Shown here in pieces: positions 10,966 to 22,213 of a DNA stretch of 64,000 bases. Below the pieces are notes generated by a model. That model did no database searches, was not told where the DNA came from, and saw nothing but the letters and a program-made list of their open reading frames with translations. This DNA is from an uncultured delta proteobacterium. GTDB lineage: Bacteria; Desulfobacterota; Syntrophia; Syntrophales; UBA2185. Position 1 is the first letter of the stretch; each line of letters opens with the position of its first letter. Where the stretch lies: positions 256,001 to 320,000 of the forward strand of contig CAVSPA010000005.1 in assembly GCA_963729715.1 (NCBI GenBank). Direction: 5' to 3'. A program made the translations under genes and the position numbers.

Positions 10966-13674
10966 ATGTCTAAGAAAAGGGTCTACGAGTTAGCTAAGGA
11001 ATTGGGTATCGACAGCAAGGAGCTGATATCTCGTTTGGAAAAATTCGGCATTGCTGTAAAGTCCCATTCAAGTACTCTGGAAGACGAAGATGTGGAGAAG
11101 ATACAGAAGGAATTGATATCAGGTGAACCGCATGAAATGGTCGAGCAAAGAATAAAGTCCACAATCATAAGAAGGCGGGTGGTTCGTCCCGCTGCCGAAG
11201 AAATTACAGCAGAGCCTGTCGAGGCCGAAATTCCCATAGCGCCTGAAAAAAAGAAGATTGATTCAGCAGTCCCAAAAGAGGCGAAGAAAGAGAAGGCCGG
11301 CCCCAAAGAAGTGCAGGCAAAGGTGACCGCACCTGCTGAAAAGGCGCCAAAGAAAACTGCTCCCGAAGAAGCAATTCCGCCTAAGGTTGCCAAGCCGGAA
11401 GAACCCGTCGTCAAAGATATAAAGGTGGAAAGTGAGATGAAGCCTGCTGAAGCGGTTGAAGAAATTCCAAAGAAGCCCAAGAAGAAGGTTGAGTTGGTTG
11501 AAAAAAAACCTGCACCTCCGTCAGCAGCTTCTCCAGCGGCCCCGGAAGCAAAGGAAGCGCCGCAAAAGGAAGAGAAGAAAGAGGCTGCAGCTGCTCACGT
11601 ACCCAAAGAGGCCGCTCCTGAGGTAAAGAGAGAGCCGGCGCAGAAACCGGCACTAAAGATCGTAAAGGAAATCATCCCTGCCAAGCCGGGAGAAAAGCCG
11701 GCTAAGTGGGAACCCGATAAAACCAAGATAAAGGGCAAAAAACCTGTTGAAGTCGTGATGGAAGAACTGCCGTCCGCAAGGAAAAAGGCCTTTATCAAGA
11801 AGCTCGTCGACAAGAAAGACAGGCGTGAGGACTTAGATAGAGAAGAGAGGGTTAGTAAGTGGAAGGATGGAAAAAGGCAGGTCGCTGCCAAGATGAAAAA
11901 AACCGTCATTACCACCCCGAAGGCAATAAAAAGGAGAATAAAGGTAGGTGAAGTAATAACTGTCGGTGAGCTTGCCAAAAAAATGGGCGTTAAGGCGGGC
12001 GAAGTTATTAACAAGCTGATCGGACTTGGCTTGATGGTCACCATCAACCAGGCTATCGAGATTGATGCCGCAACTCTCATTGCCGGTGAATTCGGATATC
12101 AAGTGGAATCAGTCGGAGCTGAATATGATGAGCCGCTCCAGAAAGTTGAACCTCTTTCCGAAAATCTGACAACCAGGGCGCCTGTCGTCACGATAATGGG
12201 GCATGTCGACCATGGGAAAACTTCTCTTCTCGATGCCATAAGGCGGACCAATGTAATCGCCGGCGAGGTGGGGGGTATTACTCAAGCCATCGGGGCATAC
12301 CATGTCCACATTAAAGACAGAGATATCGTTTTCCTCGACACACCGGGCCATGAAGCCTTCACGGCCATGAGGGCCAGGGGCGCCCATGTAACAGATATTG
12401 TTGTACTGGTAGTCGCGGCTGATGACGGGGTAAAGGACCAGACGATAGAGGCCATCAATCATGCACGTGTCGCAGGAGTTCCCATAATCGTTGCCGTCAA
12501 TAAGATAGACAAGCCGGGAGCGGACCCGGGCAAAATCAAGCAGGTCCTCTCCGATTATAACCTCGTCTCTGAAGAATGGGGCGGCGATACCATATACTGC
12601 GAAGTATCCGCCAAGAAAAAACAGGGTATAGAAGAGCTTCTGGAAATGATTCTTCTTCAAGCGGATGTCATGGATCTGCGTGCCGACGCCAACCGGCCCG
12701 CCCGCGGCGTCATCATCGAAGCAAAACTTGATCGTGGACGCGGGCCTGTAGCGACCGTGCTTATCGAAGAAGGCACACTGAAAGACGGCGACGCTTTTGT
12801 CTCCAAAACGGAATTTGGCAAGGTCAGGGCGCTGATTAACGACCAGGGACTGAGGGTGGAAGAGGTTGGACCGTCAATGCCGGTGGAAGTAATAGGGTTT
12901 TCCGGGGTCCCCCAGGTGGGCGCGGAGTTTATAGGTGTGGAGGATGAGAAGAAGGCCCGCAGCATCGGAGAATACTGGATAAGAAAAGAACGCGAACGGG
13001 AACTTTCCAAATCGTCAAAGATTACTCTCGAGCAATTATACCAAAAAATTAAAGAAGGGGTTAAGGAGCTCAATGTCATTATAAAGGGAGATGTGCAGGG
13101 CTCCATAGAGGCTATGGCAGACGCCTTGAACAAGCTGAGTACGGCCGATATCAAACTGAAGATTATCCACAGTTCAACAGGCGCTATCACGGAAACGGAT
13201 GTCATGCTCGCATCGGCGTCCAACGCCGTAATAATCGGGTTTAACGTTAGACCGGATAGCAGGGTTACGGACATCGCCGAACAAGAGGGCGTCGAAATCA
13301 AGTTGTATGAAGTCATTTACGACGTTATTGCGGATGTGAAAGCCGCCATGGAGGGCCTACTCGAACCAGTTTATAAGGAGACGGTAATTGGGCGGGCGGA
13401 AGTAAAAGAATTGTTCAAAGTTCCAAAGATTGGAACCATTGCCGGAAGCTATGTGACGAGCGGTAAGATTGCAAGAAATGCAAATCTTAAATTGGTACGA
13501 GACGGGGTGCAAATTTACGATGGCAAGTTACTCTCCCTCAGGAGGTTCAAGGACGACGCCAAAGAAGTGATGGAAGGATTTGAATGTGGTATCGGAATAG
13601 AGGGCTTCAATGACATCAGAGTAGGTGATGTCATCGAGGCTTATATCAATGAAGAGTTAGAAAGAAAACTCTGA
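10966..13674 (+). CDS. infB: translation initiation factor IF-2
   Basis: [24 protein letters not shown]-rich N-terminal linker. Confidence 0.98.
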   Translation: MSKKRVYELAKELGIDSKELISRLEKFGIAVKSHSSTLEDEDVEKIQKELISGEPHEMVEQRIKSTIIRRRVVRPAAEEITAEPVEAEIPIAPEKKKIDSAVPKEAKKEKAGPKEVQAKVTAPAEKAPKKTAPEEAIPPKVAKPEEPVVKDIKVESEMKPAEAVEEIPKKPKKKVELVEKKPAPPSAASPAAPEAKEAPQKEEKKEAAAAHVPKEAAPEVKREPAQKPALKIVKEIIPAKPGEKPAKWEPDKTKIKGKKPVEVVMEELPSARKKAFIKKLVDKKDRREDLDREERVSKWKDGKRQVAAKMKKTVITTPKAIKRRIKVGEVITVGELAKKMGVKAGEVINKLIGLGLMVTINQAIEIDAATLIAGEFGYQVESVGAEYDEPLQKVEPLSENLTTRAPVVTIMGHVDHGKTSLLDAIRRTNVIAGEVGGITQAIGAYHVHIKDRDIVFLDTPGHEAFTAMRARGAHVTDIVVLVVAADDGVKDQTIEAINHARVAGVPIIVAVNKIDKPGADPGKIKQVLSDYNLVSEEWGGDTIYCEVSAKKKQGIEELLEMILLQADVMDLRADANRPARGVIIEAKLDRGRGPVATVLIEEGTLKDGDAFVSKTEFGKVRALINDQGLRVEEVGPSMPVEVIGFSGVPQVGAEFIGVEDEKKARSIGEYWIRKERERELSKSSKITLEQLYQKIKEGVKELNVIIKGDVQGSIEAMADALNKLSTADIKLKIIHSSTGAITETDVMLASASNAVIIGFNVRPDSRVTDIAEQEGVEIKLYEVIYDVIADVKAAMEGLLEPVYKETVIGRAEVKELFKVPKIGTIAGSYVTSGKIARNANLKLVRDGVQIYDGKLLSLRRFKDDAKEVMEGFECGIGIEGFNDIRVGDVIEAYINEELERKL

Positions 13675-13803
13675 AACGGCAATCAGGAGAAAAATAGGAA
13701 ATTCTAAGAATCTAAGCAGCAAGCAAATCCAGACAGAACGCATAATTTAGATATTCGGGTTTTGCATTTGTTTGGAATCGCGGATTTAGAATTCATTTAA
13801 GAT

Positions 13804-14142
13804 ATGGTTATAGGATCCGGCATTATAAATTTGTTGATCGTCGAAAGCAGGTCTCTGAAGGAAAAAAGAGGCGTACTGAACAGGATATTGAAACGGACCC
13901 AAAACGAGTTTAATATTTCTATTGCCGAAATCGGGCAGAATGACCACTGGAAGAGGGCGCAGATTGGTTTTAGCCTCGTAGGGAATGATAGGCGTTATAT
14001 AAATGGAAAAATTGACCACATTCTGCAATTTGTCGACCGTCTTCACCTGGCTGAAGTGCTGAATTCAAAAATTGAGATAACCAATCTTCCCGATTCGATG
14101 GACCACCTCGAATACAACGAGGATAAGTATAATGAGTTTTAA
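13804..14142 (+). CDS. DUF503 (YlxP-like) protein
   Basis: SLKEKR..FNISIAE motif; lies between infB and rbfA. Confidence 0.85.
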   Translation: MVIGSGIINLLIVESRSLKEKRGVLNRILKRTQNEFNISIAEIGQNDHWKRAQIGFSLVGNDRRYINGKIDHILQFVDRLHLAEVLNSKIEITNLPDSMDHLEYNEDKYNEF

Positions 14143-14503
14143 GAGGGCAACCCGCGTGGCAGATCTCATTATTGCGGATATTTCCGATATCCTCTTAAGA
14201 GAAATTAGAGATCCGCGCATCAAGTTAGTTACCATTACCGGCGTAAAACTGACCGATGACCTGCGCTTTGCTAAAATATTTTTTGTCGAGATGGGCAAAG
14301 ATACCTGCGACCCTGAAACAAAAACAGCACTGGAAAAGGCAACCGGTTTCTTGAAGAGGGAACTGGGGAAAAGGCTAAGGCTACGCTATGTGCCGGATAT
14401 TATTTTCGTGTGCGACGAATCATTTGCATACGGAAGCCGAATAGACAAACTGCTTGCAGAAATACAAACAACAGGGGAACCGGATATTGAAGAGAATCAT
14501 TGA
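14132..14503 (+). CDS. rbfA: ribosome-binding factor A
   Basis: DPRI..VTITGV..DLR, LRYVPDIIF. Confidence 0.95.
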   Translation: MSFKRATRVADLIIADISDILLREIRDPRIKLVTITGVKLTDDLRFAKIFFVEMGKDTCDPETKTALEKATGFLKRELGKRLRLRYVPDIIFVCDESFAYGSRIDKLLAEIQTTGEPDIEENH

Positions 14504-15446
14504 CATGATAAATAAGCAAAGTTCTTTTCTTATTGCCTCGCATGTCAGACTTGATGGCGATGCGCTGGGATCGGAACTGGGCTTGTATCACATGCTTTCC
14601 AATATGGGTAAGGCGGCTACAGTTTACAATCAGGATGAAACGCCGGGCAATTACCGTTTTCTCCCCGGGAGCGAAAAGATCGTCCATAAGCTTCCCCCCC
14701 TCGAAAGATACGATGTCGCATTCATCCTCGATTGCAGTGAATTTGACAGGATCGGAGAAGAAGCTTCCCGCATCGGCAGCATGCAGCGCATCATAAACAT
14801 TGACCATCATGTCTCAAACAGGAACTTTGGGAGCATTGCTCTCATCGACCACAATGCAAGTTCCACGGCGGAGCTGCTTTACAGGCTTATGCTGAAGATG
14901 GATCTTCATATCACGAAGGAGATAGCAACCAATCTGTATGCAGCAATTATTACCGATACGGGAGGATTCTGTTACGGGAATACAAAGAAGGACACTCTTA
15001 TTGCAGCGGGAAACCTTGTGGAAAGAGGGGCCGATCCTCAATGGATTTCAGAGAATGTATATGAGAGCAATCCTCTTTCGAAGATAAGACTCTTGACAAA
15101 GGTACTCGAAACGCTTGCTTTCGACTGGGACAGAAAAGTCGGCTACATGGTTGTGTACCGGAAAGACCTTAACGATGTCGGAGCGCTGGTGGAGCATACC
15201 GAAGGCTTTGTAGATATCCCGCGCTCCATTGACGGAGTAGAAATATCCATTCTCTTCACTGAATTATCAGAGTCCCAATTCAAGCTAAGCCTTCGATCAA
15301 AAGGAAAAGCGAATGTGGAACGTGTTGCCAGAGCATTCGGTGGAGGTGGACATATTAATGCCGCGGCGTGCCAGATAGATGGAGACTTCAAGACTGCTTT
15401 ACAGCGAGTTCTGAGCGCTGTTGCCGACCTTTCATCAAATCCATGA
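14487..15446 (+). CDS. nrnA: DHH/DHHA1 phosphoesterase (nanoRNase/pAp phosphatase)
   Basis: HVRLDGDALGS, NIDHH, TDTG, GGGGHINAA; TTG start inferred. Confidence 0.9.
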   Translation: MKRIIDMINKQSSFLIASHVRLDGDALGSELGLYHMLSNMGKAATVYNQDETPGNYRFLPGSEKIVHKLPPLERYDVAFILDCSEFDRIGEEASRIGSMQRIINIDHHVSNRNFGSIALIDHNASSTAELLYRLMLKMDLHITKEIATNLYAAIITDTGGFCYGNTKKDTLIAAGNLVERGADPQWISENVYESNPLSKIRLLTKVLETLAFDWDRKVGYMVVYRKDLNDVGALVEHTEGFVDIPRSIDGVEISILFTELSESQFKLSLRSKGKANVERVARAFGGGGHINAAACQIDGDFKTALQRVLSAVADLSSNP

Positions 15447-15524
15447 ATAGTGACTTGATGAAGAGACACTGCCTGAAGGCCCGGACTTCATAAGAAGTCG
15501 GATTCATTTTATTGCGAGCCCATC

Positions 15525-16460
15525 ATGAATGGCATCGTTGTTATCGACAAACCTCCGGGAAAGACGTCTCATGACGTGGTCGAGGATGTCAAGAAAGCCC
15601 TGTCAGTGAACAAGGCCGGGCATGCGGGCACTCTGGACCCAATGGCGACCGGTGTATTGCCCGTCTGTCTGGAAGAGGCGACAAAACTGGTGCAGTTCCT
15701 GTCAACGGATACGAAAGACTATACGGCGACTATGTTGCTGGGTGTGAAGACAGACACCCAGGATATAGAAGGCAAGGTCATCGCCCGTGACGACTCGTAT
15801 GTCATGCATGAGGACATAGAAGATATTTTTTTTCGCTTTATGGGAGAAACGGAACAGGTGCCTCCTCGTTATTCAGCTGTAAAATATAAGGGCAAACCTT
15901 TATATAAATGGGCGAGGAGGGGTATTACCATTGAACCTCCGCGGCGGATCATAGAAATATACGCGATCACGATCGATGAAGTGAATTTACCCTACATAAC
16001 TTTCAGAGTCTCCTGTTCAAAGGGAACCTATGTGAGGTCCCTGTGTTCCGATATAGGTGAAATGCTCGGTTGCGGAGCATGTCTGGCAAGCCTGCGCAGA
16101 ACAAGAAGCGGCAGTTTCTTTGAAGCGTCTGCCATACCCATCGACGAACTTGAGAATGCAGCGGGGAAATGGCCTCCAGACCACATTATTCCTTTGATTG
16201 ACGCCCTGCCCCACATCGCGGCGATTCATGTGGATCACAAATTTGCCAGGAGGTTGAGAGAAGGTTATCAGCCGGTTGCAGAAACATTGAGAATATATCA
16301 AATCCCTTCCCTTGCAGATGGAGATATGGTAAAATTCGTGGATGAAGATGGCAACCTTGTTTCTGTTGCGAAAATGCTTTGTGCATCCGACCGGATTGAT
16401 TCGATAGACGGAAAGAGGCAGGCGGCCAAGATCGTAAGAATCTTTAATGCCGACAAATGA
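15525..16460 (+). CDS. truB: tRNA pseudouridine(55) synthase
   Basis: GHAGTLDPMATGVL, PPRYSAVK, CSKGTYVRSL. Confidence 0.97.
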   Translation: MNGIVVIDKPPGKTSHDVVEDVKKALSVNKAGHAGTLDPMATGVLPVCLEEATKLVQFLSTDTKDYTATMLLGVKTDTQDIEGKVIARDDSYVMHEDIEDIFFRFMGETEQVPPRYSAVKYKGKPLYKWARRGITIEPPRRIIEIYAITIDEVNLPYITFRVSCSKGTYVRSLCSDIGEMLGCGACLASLRRTRSGSFFEASAIPIDELENAAGKWPPDHIIPLIDALPHIAAIHVDHKFARRLREGYQPVAETLRIYQIPSLADGDMVKFVDEDGNLVSVAKMLCASDRIDSIDGKRQAAKIVRIFNADK

Positions 16461-16494
16461 ACTTATGACGGGCATTAAATCTATTTGGGCAAGA

Positions 16495-16640
16495 GTAAAG
16501 AACCCCGTGCTTCCGCACGGGGCATTAAAACTCAAAATCTAACTGCTTGGGAGCTTTTCTTCATGCTTATGATACTCAATTCCTAAAGAACGGAAACCCT
16601 TTCCTCCCCGTGCTTCCGCACGGGGTATCCAGGGTTTGAT
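16495..16640. mobile_element. putative non-autonomous IS200/IS605-like miniature element (paired palindromes); ends approximate
   Basis: Two identical 20-bp hairpins CCCCGTGC-TTCC-GCACGGGG at 16503-16522 and 16606-16625; the second is extended by AAACCCT/AGGGTTT; no transposase present. Confidence 0.55.
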
Positions 16641-16755
16641 TTTCATGAAGGAAAAATGAAGTGCACCCTTAACAAGGTTGGGTAGTTTTCTGCTACTGTC
16701 GGAAGGATATTAACAAATTATTGGCTACGACTAATTTTAGGGAGGATATGAAGCG

Positions 16756-17022
16756 GTGTTAGATTCGGAAAAAAGAAAGGACGTCATTAACAATTTCCAA
16801 TTACATGCGGTAGACACAGGTTCACCTGAAGTCCAGATTGCCCTTCTCAGCGCCAGGATAGAATACTTGACGGAACATTTCAAGGCCCACAAAAAGGACC
16901 ATCATTCGCGCAGAGGTCTCTTGAAACTTGTGGGCAAGAGAAGACGCCTTTTGGATTATCTCAGAAAAAAGGATGTGGAGAGGTACAGGAGCGTTATTCA
17001 GCGTCTGGGACTAAGAAAATAA
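16756..17022 (+). CDS. rpsO: 30S ribosomal protein S15
   Basis: [23 protein letters not shown]. Confidence 0.98.
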   Translation: MLDSEKRKDVINNFQLHAVDTGSPEVQIALLSARIEYLTEHFKAHKKDHHSRRGLLKLVGKRRRLLDYLRKKDVERYRSVIQRLGLRK

Positions 17023-17162
17023 TCAAGCATCAAGTTCTGGAAGCTGAACGTAACTTCAGGTATCTTTCACATCCATTGCGGAGTCGTTCGGATTTTCGTC
17101 CTTTGGTACTATTTAAGAAACACGTATTTAGACAGAAACTTTCATGAAGAGGGAACAATTAC

Positions 17163-19283
17163 ATGAGCGATATATTTAGCAAGGATTTTGCGGGAAGAAG
17201 CATTTCCATTAAAGCAAATTATATGGCAGGCCAGGCCGATGGATCGGTCCTCGTAACATACGGTGACACTGTAGTCATTGTGACCGCCGTATCACTTAAG
17301 AAGAAGAGAGAAGGCGTAGATTTCCTTCCTCTTACGGTCGATTATCAAGAAATGACTTTTGCGGCAGGAAAGATTCCCGGAGGGTTCTTTAAACGTGAAG
17401 GTCGCCCCAACGAAAGAGAGACCCTGACGTCCCGGATCATTGACAGATCCATCAGACCTCTTTTTCCAAAAAGCTACTACTTCGAGACTCAAATCGTGGC
17501 AACAGTGCTCTCCGTGGATAATGAAAATGATTCCGTTGTGACAGCTTTACTCGGCGCCTCCGCTGCCCTGGCGATTTCCGATATCCCCTTCAATGGGCCG
17601 ATTGCCAGCGTCCGTGTCGGCAGGGTTGACGGCAAATTTATCGTGAACCCGTCGGCAGAAGTTCTGGAGAAAAGCGATTTCAATCTCTTCATAGTGGGAA
17701 GGAAGATCTCACCAGCGGCGGGAAGCAAAGATTTTGACATTAATCTGGTTATGCTTGAGGGTGATGCACGTGAAGTAGAAGAGGATACAATTGTGGATGC
17801 CATCAATTTCGGCCTGGAGTCCTTGCGGCCGATAATTGAATTTCAGGATCATATTCGCCAGACCATAGGAAAAGAGAAACGGGTTCTGGAGGCAGTCGCC
17901 GTCAATGAAGCCCTTTTGGCAAAGGTAACAGAGAAAGCCAAAGACAGCATGAAAGAAGCTTATACCATAGCGCGGAAACAGGACAGGTACAATAAGCTTG
18001 ACTCGATAAGGGAAAAGGTCATCAAAGAAGTTTGCGCCGAAGATGACAAGCTTGTTCACGAGGTCAGCAACATACTATCAGACCTGGAGAGACAAGTCGT
18101 CAGGAACATGATACTGCGCGACAAGAAGAGGTCCGATGGCAGAACATCCGCCGAGATCAGGCCGATCAGCGCCGAGGTAGGGATTCTCCCCAGGGCCCAC
18201 GGGTCGGCCTTATTTACCAGGGGTGAAACCCAGGCTCTTGCCGCCCTCACACTTGGTACATCTTCAGATGAACAGCGTTTGGATTATATAGGCGGAGAAG
18301 AAATGAGAACCTTCATCCTGCACTATAATTTCCCTCCTTATTGCGTAGGAGAGGCGCGGCCTTTGAGAAGTCCGGGAAGAAGAGAGATCGGACACGGTGC
18401 CCTGGCCAGAAAAGCATTGCTTCCCATCCTGCCCTCCGAGGAGACATTCCCTTATACGATAAGGATTGTTTCCGAGATACTGTCTTCCAATGGCTCATCT
18501 TCAATGGCCACAGTGTGCGGCAGCCTGCTGTCCCTCATGGACGCCGGCGTGCCGGTAAAGGATATCGTTGCCGGTATTGCCATGGGGTTGCTAAAGGATG
18601 ACAACAATGTTGTTGTTCTTTCCGACATTATCGGAGATGAGGATCATGCCGGTGACATGGATCTCAAGGTGTGCGGAACGAAGAAGGGTATCACGGCCCT
18701 GCAGATGGACATCAAGATAGGCGGCCTCAACGAAGATATTTTGAGAATGGCCTTACACCAGGCGAAAGAGGGACGGCTCTTTATCATTGAGAAGCTCAGG
18801 GAAACTATTGCAGAACCGAGGGGCGATATCTCCAAATATGCACCACGGATTACAACGCTCAAGGTCAGACCCGAGAAGGTGAGAGATGTGATCGGTAGCG
18901 GCGGGAAAAATATCAGGCAGATTATCAGTGAAACGGGTGTGACCATCGATGTTGAAGATGATGGTACGGTGACCATTGCGTCGAATGACTCAGAAGCGGC
19001 GTCAAGGGCTGTAGCCATGGTTAAGTGGCTGACCGAAGACGCCGAGGTGGGAAAGATCTATCGCGGTACTGTCAAGAAAATAGTTGACTTTGGCGCTTTC
19101 GTAGAAATATTGCCCGGCACGGAAGGGCTGGTGCACATATCGCAGCTGTCGCGGGAGCGGGTCAAGAGTGTTACCGATGTCCTCCATGAGGGTGAGGAAG
19201 TGATGGTAAAGGTTCTTGAGATCGACAAACAGGGAAAGATCCGCCTTAGCAGGAAAGATGCACTGGGTCCCAATGCACAATAA
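17163..19283 (+). CDS. pnp: polyribonucleotide nucleotidyltransferase
   Basis: GKIPGGFFKREG, FTRGETQ, RREIGHG, SNGSSSMA, KH and S1 domains. Confidence 0.98.
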   Translation: MSDIFSKDFAGRSISIKANYMAGQADGSVLVTYGDTVVIVTAVSLKKKREGVDFLPLTVDYQEMTFAAGKIPGGFFKREGRPNERETLTSRIIDRSIRPLFPKSYYFETQIVATVLSVDNENDSVVTALLGASAALAISDIPFNGPIASVRVGRVDGKFIVNPSAEVLEKSDFNLFIVGRKISPAAGSKDFDINLVMLEGDAREVEEDTIVDAINFGLESLRPIIEFQDHIRQTIGKEKRVLEAVAVNEALLAKVTEKAKDSMKEAYTIARKQDRYNKLDSIREKVIKEVCAEDDKLVHEVSNILSDLERQVVRNMILRDKKRSDGRTSAEIRPISAEVGILPRAHGSALFTRGETQALAALTLGTSSDEQRLDYIGGEEMRTFILHYNFPPYCVGEARPLRSPGRREIGHGALARKALLPILPSEETFPYTIRIVSEILSSNGSSSMATVCGSLLSLMDAGVPVKDIVAGIAMGLLKDDNNVVVLSDIIGDEDHAGDMDLKVCGTKKGITALQMDIKIGGLNEDILRMALHQAKEGRLFIIEKLRETIAEPRGDISKYAPRITTLKVRPEKVRDVIGSGGKNIRQIISETGVTIDVEDDGTVTIASNDSEAASRAVAMVKWLTEDAEVGKIYRGTVKKIVDFGAFVEILPGTEGLVHISQLSRERVKSVTDVLHEGEEVMVKVLEIDKQGKIRLSRKDALGPNAQ

Positions 19284-20529
19284 GACTGTCCTTTCTAACG
19301 GTGTCAGTGTTGTTTCGGAATACATCGATCATGTCAGATCAATATCCATAGGGATCTGGGTCAAGTGTGGTTCACGTTACGAAGACCATGCCACAAACGG
19401 AGCGGCACATTTTATAGAGCACATGCTTTTTAAGGGGACCAAAAACAGGTCTGCTTTTGAAATTGCATCGGCAATTGATTCCGTTGGCGGTATGATGAAT
19501 GCCTTCACCGGCAAGGAGTTGACCTCGTTCTATATAAAGATACCGGACTACCACCTACCTATGGCGGTAGACCTCCTTGCTGATATTTTTACAAACTCAT
19601 GCTTCGATGAAAAAGAAATCGTGAAGGAACAATCGGTGGTCCTTCAGGAAATTAACTTGACCGAAGATACACCGGATGATTATATTCATGATTTCTTTGA
19701 GGGCGTATTCTGGAATGGCCACCCCCTCGGTTTTCCGATCTTAGGCACCAAGAACCTGGTAGCCTCCTTAAACAAAAAGACCCTTTTGTCTTTCTTCGAT
19801 GCACGCTACGGGGGCGATAATCTGGTGCTCGCGGCTGCTGGCAATCTGAAACACGATGAATTCGTTGACCTCACAAAAAAGGCATTCGGATCCATACCGG
19901 TGGGGACAAGCAAATCTCAGACGGACAAACCGGCGGTGTCATCAAAGGTTGCCGTTCTCAAGAAGGACCTGGAACAGGTGCATATGATCATGGGCACCCT
20001 CGCCCCTTCCGCCGTCAGCCCTGAGAGATATGTCGGCTTTCTATTGAATGCCGTTTTAGGCGGAAGCATGAGTTCGAGGTTATTTCAGGAAGTCAGAGAA
20101 AAAAGGGGGCTCGCTTACGCGATCCATTCCTTTATCTCCCCGTATATGGATGTGGGCCTTTTGGGAATATATGCAGGAACCAGCGAGGAGAGAGTTCCTC
20201 TCGTCATTAATCTCATTCTTGAAGAACTGAAACGATTGCGTCATGAGCTTTTAACGGAAAAGGAGATGGCACAGGTCAAAGAGTTGATCAAAGGAAATTT
20301 TCTCCTTTCGATGGAAAGCACTGACAGCCGGATGATAAGGTTGGCCAAGAACGAGATTTCTTTCGGAAGGCATATCCCCGAGGACGATGTTATTGCCGCT
20401 GTAGACGCAGTTGCCGCAGAGGATGTCAGGAAACTTGCCTTTGAAATATTCAGGGCTGGCGCCATATCCATCGCCGCGACGGGAAGGCTTTCAGAAAAGG
20501 ATATCGCTATTAATTCGTATGAAGGATAG
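19273..20529 (+). CDS. M16 (pitrilysin-family) zinc peptidase
   Basis: HFIEH inverted zinc motif, NAFT, SSRLFQEVREKRGLAY. Confidence 0.93.
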   Translation: MHNKTVLSNGVSVVSEYIDHVRSISIGIWVKCGSRYEDHATNGAAHFIEHMLFKGTKNRSAFEIASAIDSVGGMMNAFTGKELTSFYIKIPDYHLPMAVDLLADIFTNSCFDEKEIVKEQSVVLQEINLTEDTPDDYIHDFFEGVFWNGHPLGFPILGTKNLVASLNKKTLLSFFDARYGGDNLVLAAAGNLKHDEFVDLTKKAFGSIPVGTSKSQTDKPAVSSKVAVLKKDLEQVHMIMGTLAPSAVSPERYVGFLLNAVLGGSMSSRLFQEVREKRGLAYAIHSFISPYMDVGLLGIYAGTSEERVPLVINLILEELKRLRHELLTEKEMAQVKELIKGNFLLSMESTDSRMIRLAKNEISFGRHIPEDDVIAAVDAVAAEDVRKLAFEIFRAGAISIAATGRLSEKDIAINSYEG

Positions 20530-20567
20530 CGCTCTATAAGAATGCAGGGATGAATGCCTGAGTTGCG

Positions 20568-21017
20568 ATGATAGAAGAAATTGGCGTGTATATTCAAAAG
20601 CTGCCCGGTTATTTAGACATGTCGCTTCCTCGATACATGACAGAACATTCAGCGGGCATGGATATCTATGCAGCTGTCAAAACGGATGAGACGATATTTC
20701 CGGGACAGAGGAAGATAATTCCTACAGGCATGGCGATTGCGTTGCCGGAAGGCTATGAAGCAGAAATAAGACCCCGAAGCGGCCTTGCCATAAGAAATGG
20801 AGTGACGCTGGTTAATTCCCCGGGAACCATTGACGCGGATTACCGCGGTGAGATCAGAATAATACTGATTAACCACGGGGAGGAGCCCTTTGTCATCAGG
20901 CGCGGTGATCGCATCGCACAGATGATAATACACAGGGTCTGCAAAGTTTCATGGATAGAGTGTCAGCAACTTGATGCAACAATCAGAGGGGATGGGGGTT
21001 TCGGCCATACTGAGTAA
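20568..21017 (+). CDS. dut: dUTP diphosphatase
   Basis: [30 protein letters not shown]. Confidence 0.97.
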   Translation: MIEEIGVYIQKLPGYLDMSLPRYMTEHSAGMDIYAAVKTDETIFPGQRKIIPTGMAIALPEGYEAEIRPRSGLAIRNGVTLVNSPGTIDADYRGEIRIILINHGEEPFVIRRGDRIAQMIIHRVCKVSWIECQQLDATIRGDGGFGHTE

Positions 21018-21034
21018 GTAAGGGTGAACGCTTC

Positions 21035-22213
21035 ATGAAAAAATTCAGGGTAAATAAAACATACAAAGAGATCAACGAGAAGATCAAGAAAGGTAAAGCC
21101 GTTGTTGCAACGGCTGAAGAGATGATCGACATCGTTGAGAGACATGGTCATGTTGAGGGGGCCCGGAGAATAGACGTTGTCACAACCGGGACATTCGCCC
21201 CCATGTGTTCATCCGGAGCCTTCCTGAACTTCGGCCATACGGCTCCGAGAATAAGGGCATCCAAAGTGTGGCTAAACGACGTACTCGCTTACGGCGGCAT
21301 CGCGGCGGTGGACTGCTATATAGGAGCAACTGAGGTGGCCGAAGGGGATCCCTTGAATAGCGTCTATCCGGGGGAATTCAAGTATGGAGGCGGTCATGTG
21401 CTTGAAGACCTGGTGGCAGGCAATGTAATTAGATTGCGCGCCGAAGGGTATGGAACCGATTGCTATCCTGCCCGAAGATATGAAAAAAATATCACGATAA
21501 ACGATCTGCGGGATGCAATCCTCTTCAACCCGCGAAACGCTTATCAAAATTATAATTGTGCCGTTAATATGTCTGACAAAACAATTTATACTTACATGGG
21601 CGTGTTGAGACCCCGCATGGCCAACGCCAATTATGCTACAGCGGGACAGTTAAGCCCTCTCTTTAACGATCCCCACTACATGACCATCGGTATCGGAACG
21701 AGAATCTTTTTGGGAGGAGCCCAAGGTTATGTGGCCTGGCACGGGACCCAGCACAACCCGAATGTTAAGAGAGGCAAGCATGGCGTCCCTAAGGAAGGCG
21801 CAGGAACAATTTCGGCAATAGGGAACCTTAAAGAAATGTCTCCACAATGGCTTGTAGGCGCGAGCATGTTAGGATATGGGGTTTCCCTGTATGTTGGCAT
21901 AGGCATTCCCATACCTGTTTTGAATGAAGAAATGGCAAAGTACACAGCGGTTAAAGATGAGAATATATGTACACAGATCTATGACTACAGCATGGATTAT
22001 CCTAAAGGTGGTGCCCTCAAGAGTCTCGGAGAGGTTAGCTACAAAGAACTCCGTTCCGGCGAGATCGTAATAAATGGTAAAAAAGCAATTACAGCTTCTT
22101 TATCAAGTTATTACAAGGCAAAGGAAATTGCAAATATTCTCAAGGAGTGGATTGAACGCGGTAATTTCCTCATCGGGGAGCCCCAACAGTGCCTTCCTTC
22201 TGTCATGATCTAA
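21035..22213 (+). CDS. DUF39 homocysteine biosynthesis protein (L-aspartate semialdehyde sulfurtransferase-like), without CBS domains
   Basis: KTYKEINEKI..DVVTTGTFAPMCSSG..NPRNAYQNY..SPLFNDP..IGIGTRIFLGG. Confidence 0.88.
   Translation: MKKFRVNKTYKEINEKIKKGKAVVATAEEMIDIVERHGHVEGARRIDVVTTGTFAPMCSSGAFLNFGHTAPRIRASKVWLNDVLAYGGIAAVDCYIGATEVAEGDPLNSVYPGEFKYGGGHVLEDLVAGNVIRLRAEGYGTDCYPARRYEKNITINDLRDAILFNPRNAYQNYNCAVNMSDKTIYTYMGVLRPRMANANYATAGQLSPLFNDPHYMTIGIGTRIFLGGAQGYVAWHGTQHNPNVKRGKHGVPKEGAGTISAIGNLKEMSPQWLVGASMLGYGVSLYVGIGIPIPVLNEEMAKYTAVKDENICTQIYDYSMDYPKGGALKSLGEVSYKELRSGEIVINGKKAITASLSSYYKAKEIANILKEWIERGNFLIGEPQQCLPSVMI

Noticed and set aside
11160..11900. K/E/P/A-rich repeats in infB
   Set aside because: This is the normal variable IF-2 N-terminal linker.
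16503..16625. Two identical palindromic repeats as a mini CRISPR array
   Set aside because: There are only two 20-bp units with an 83-bp gap and no cas genes.
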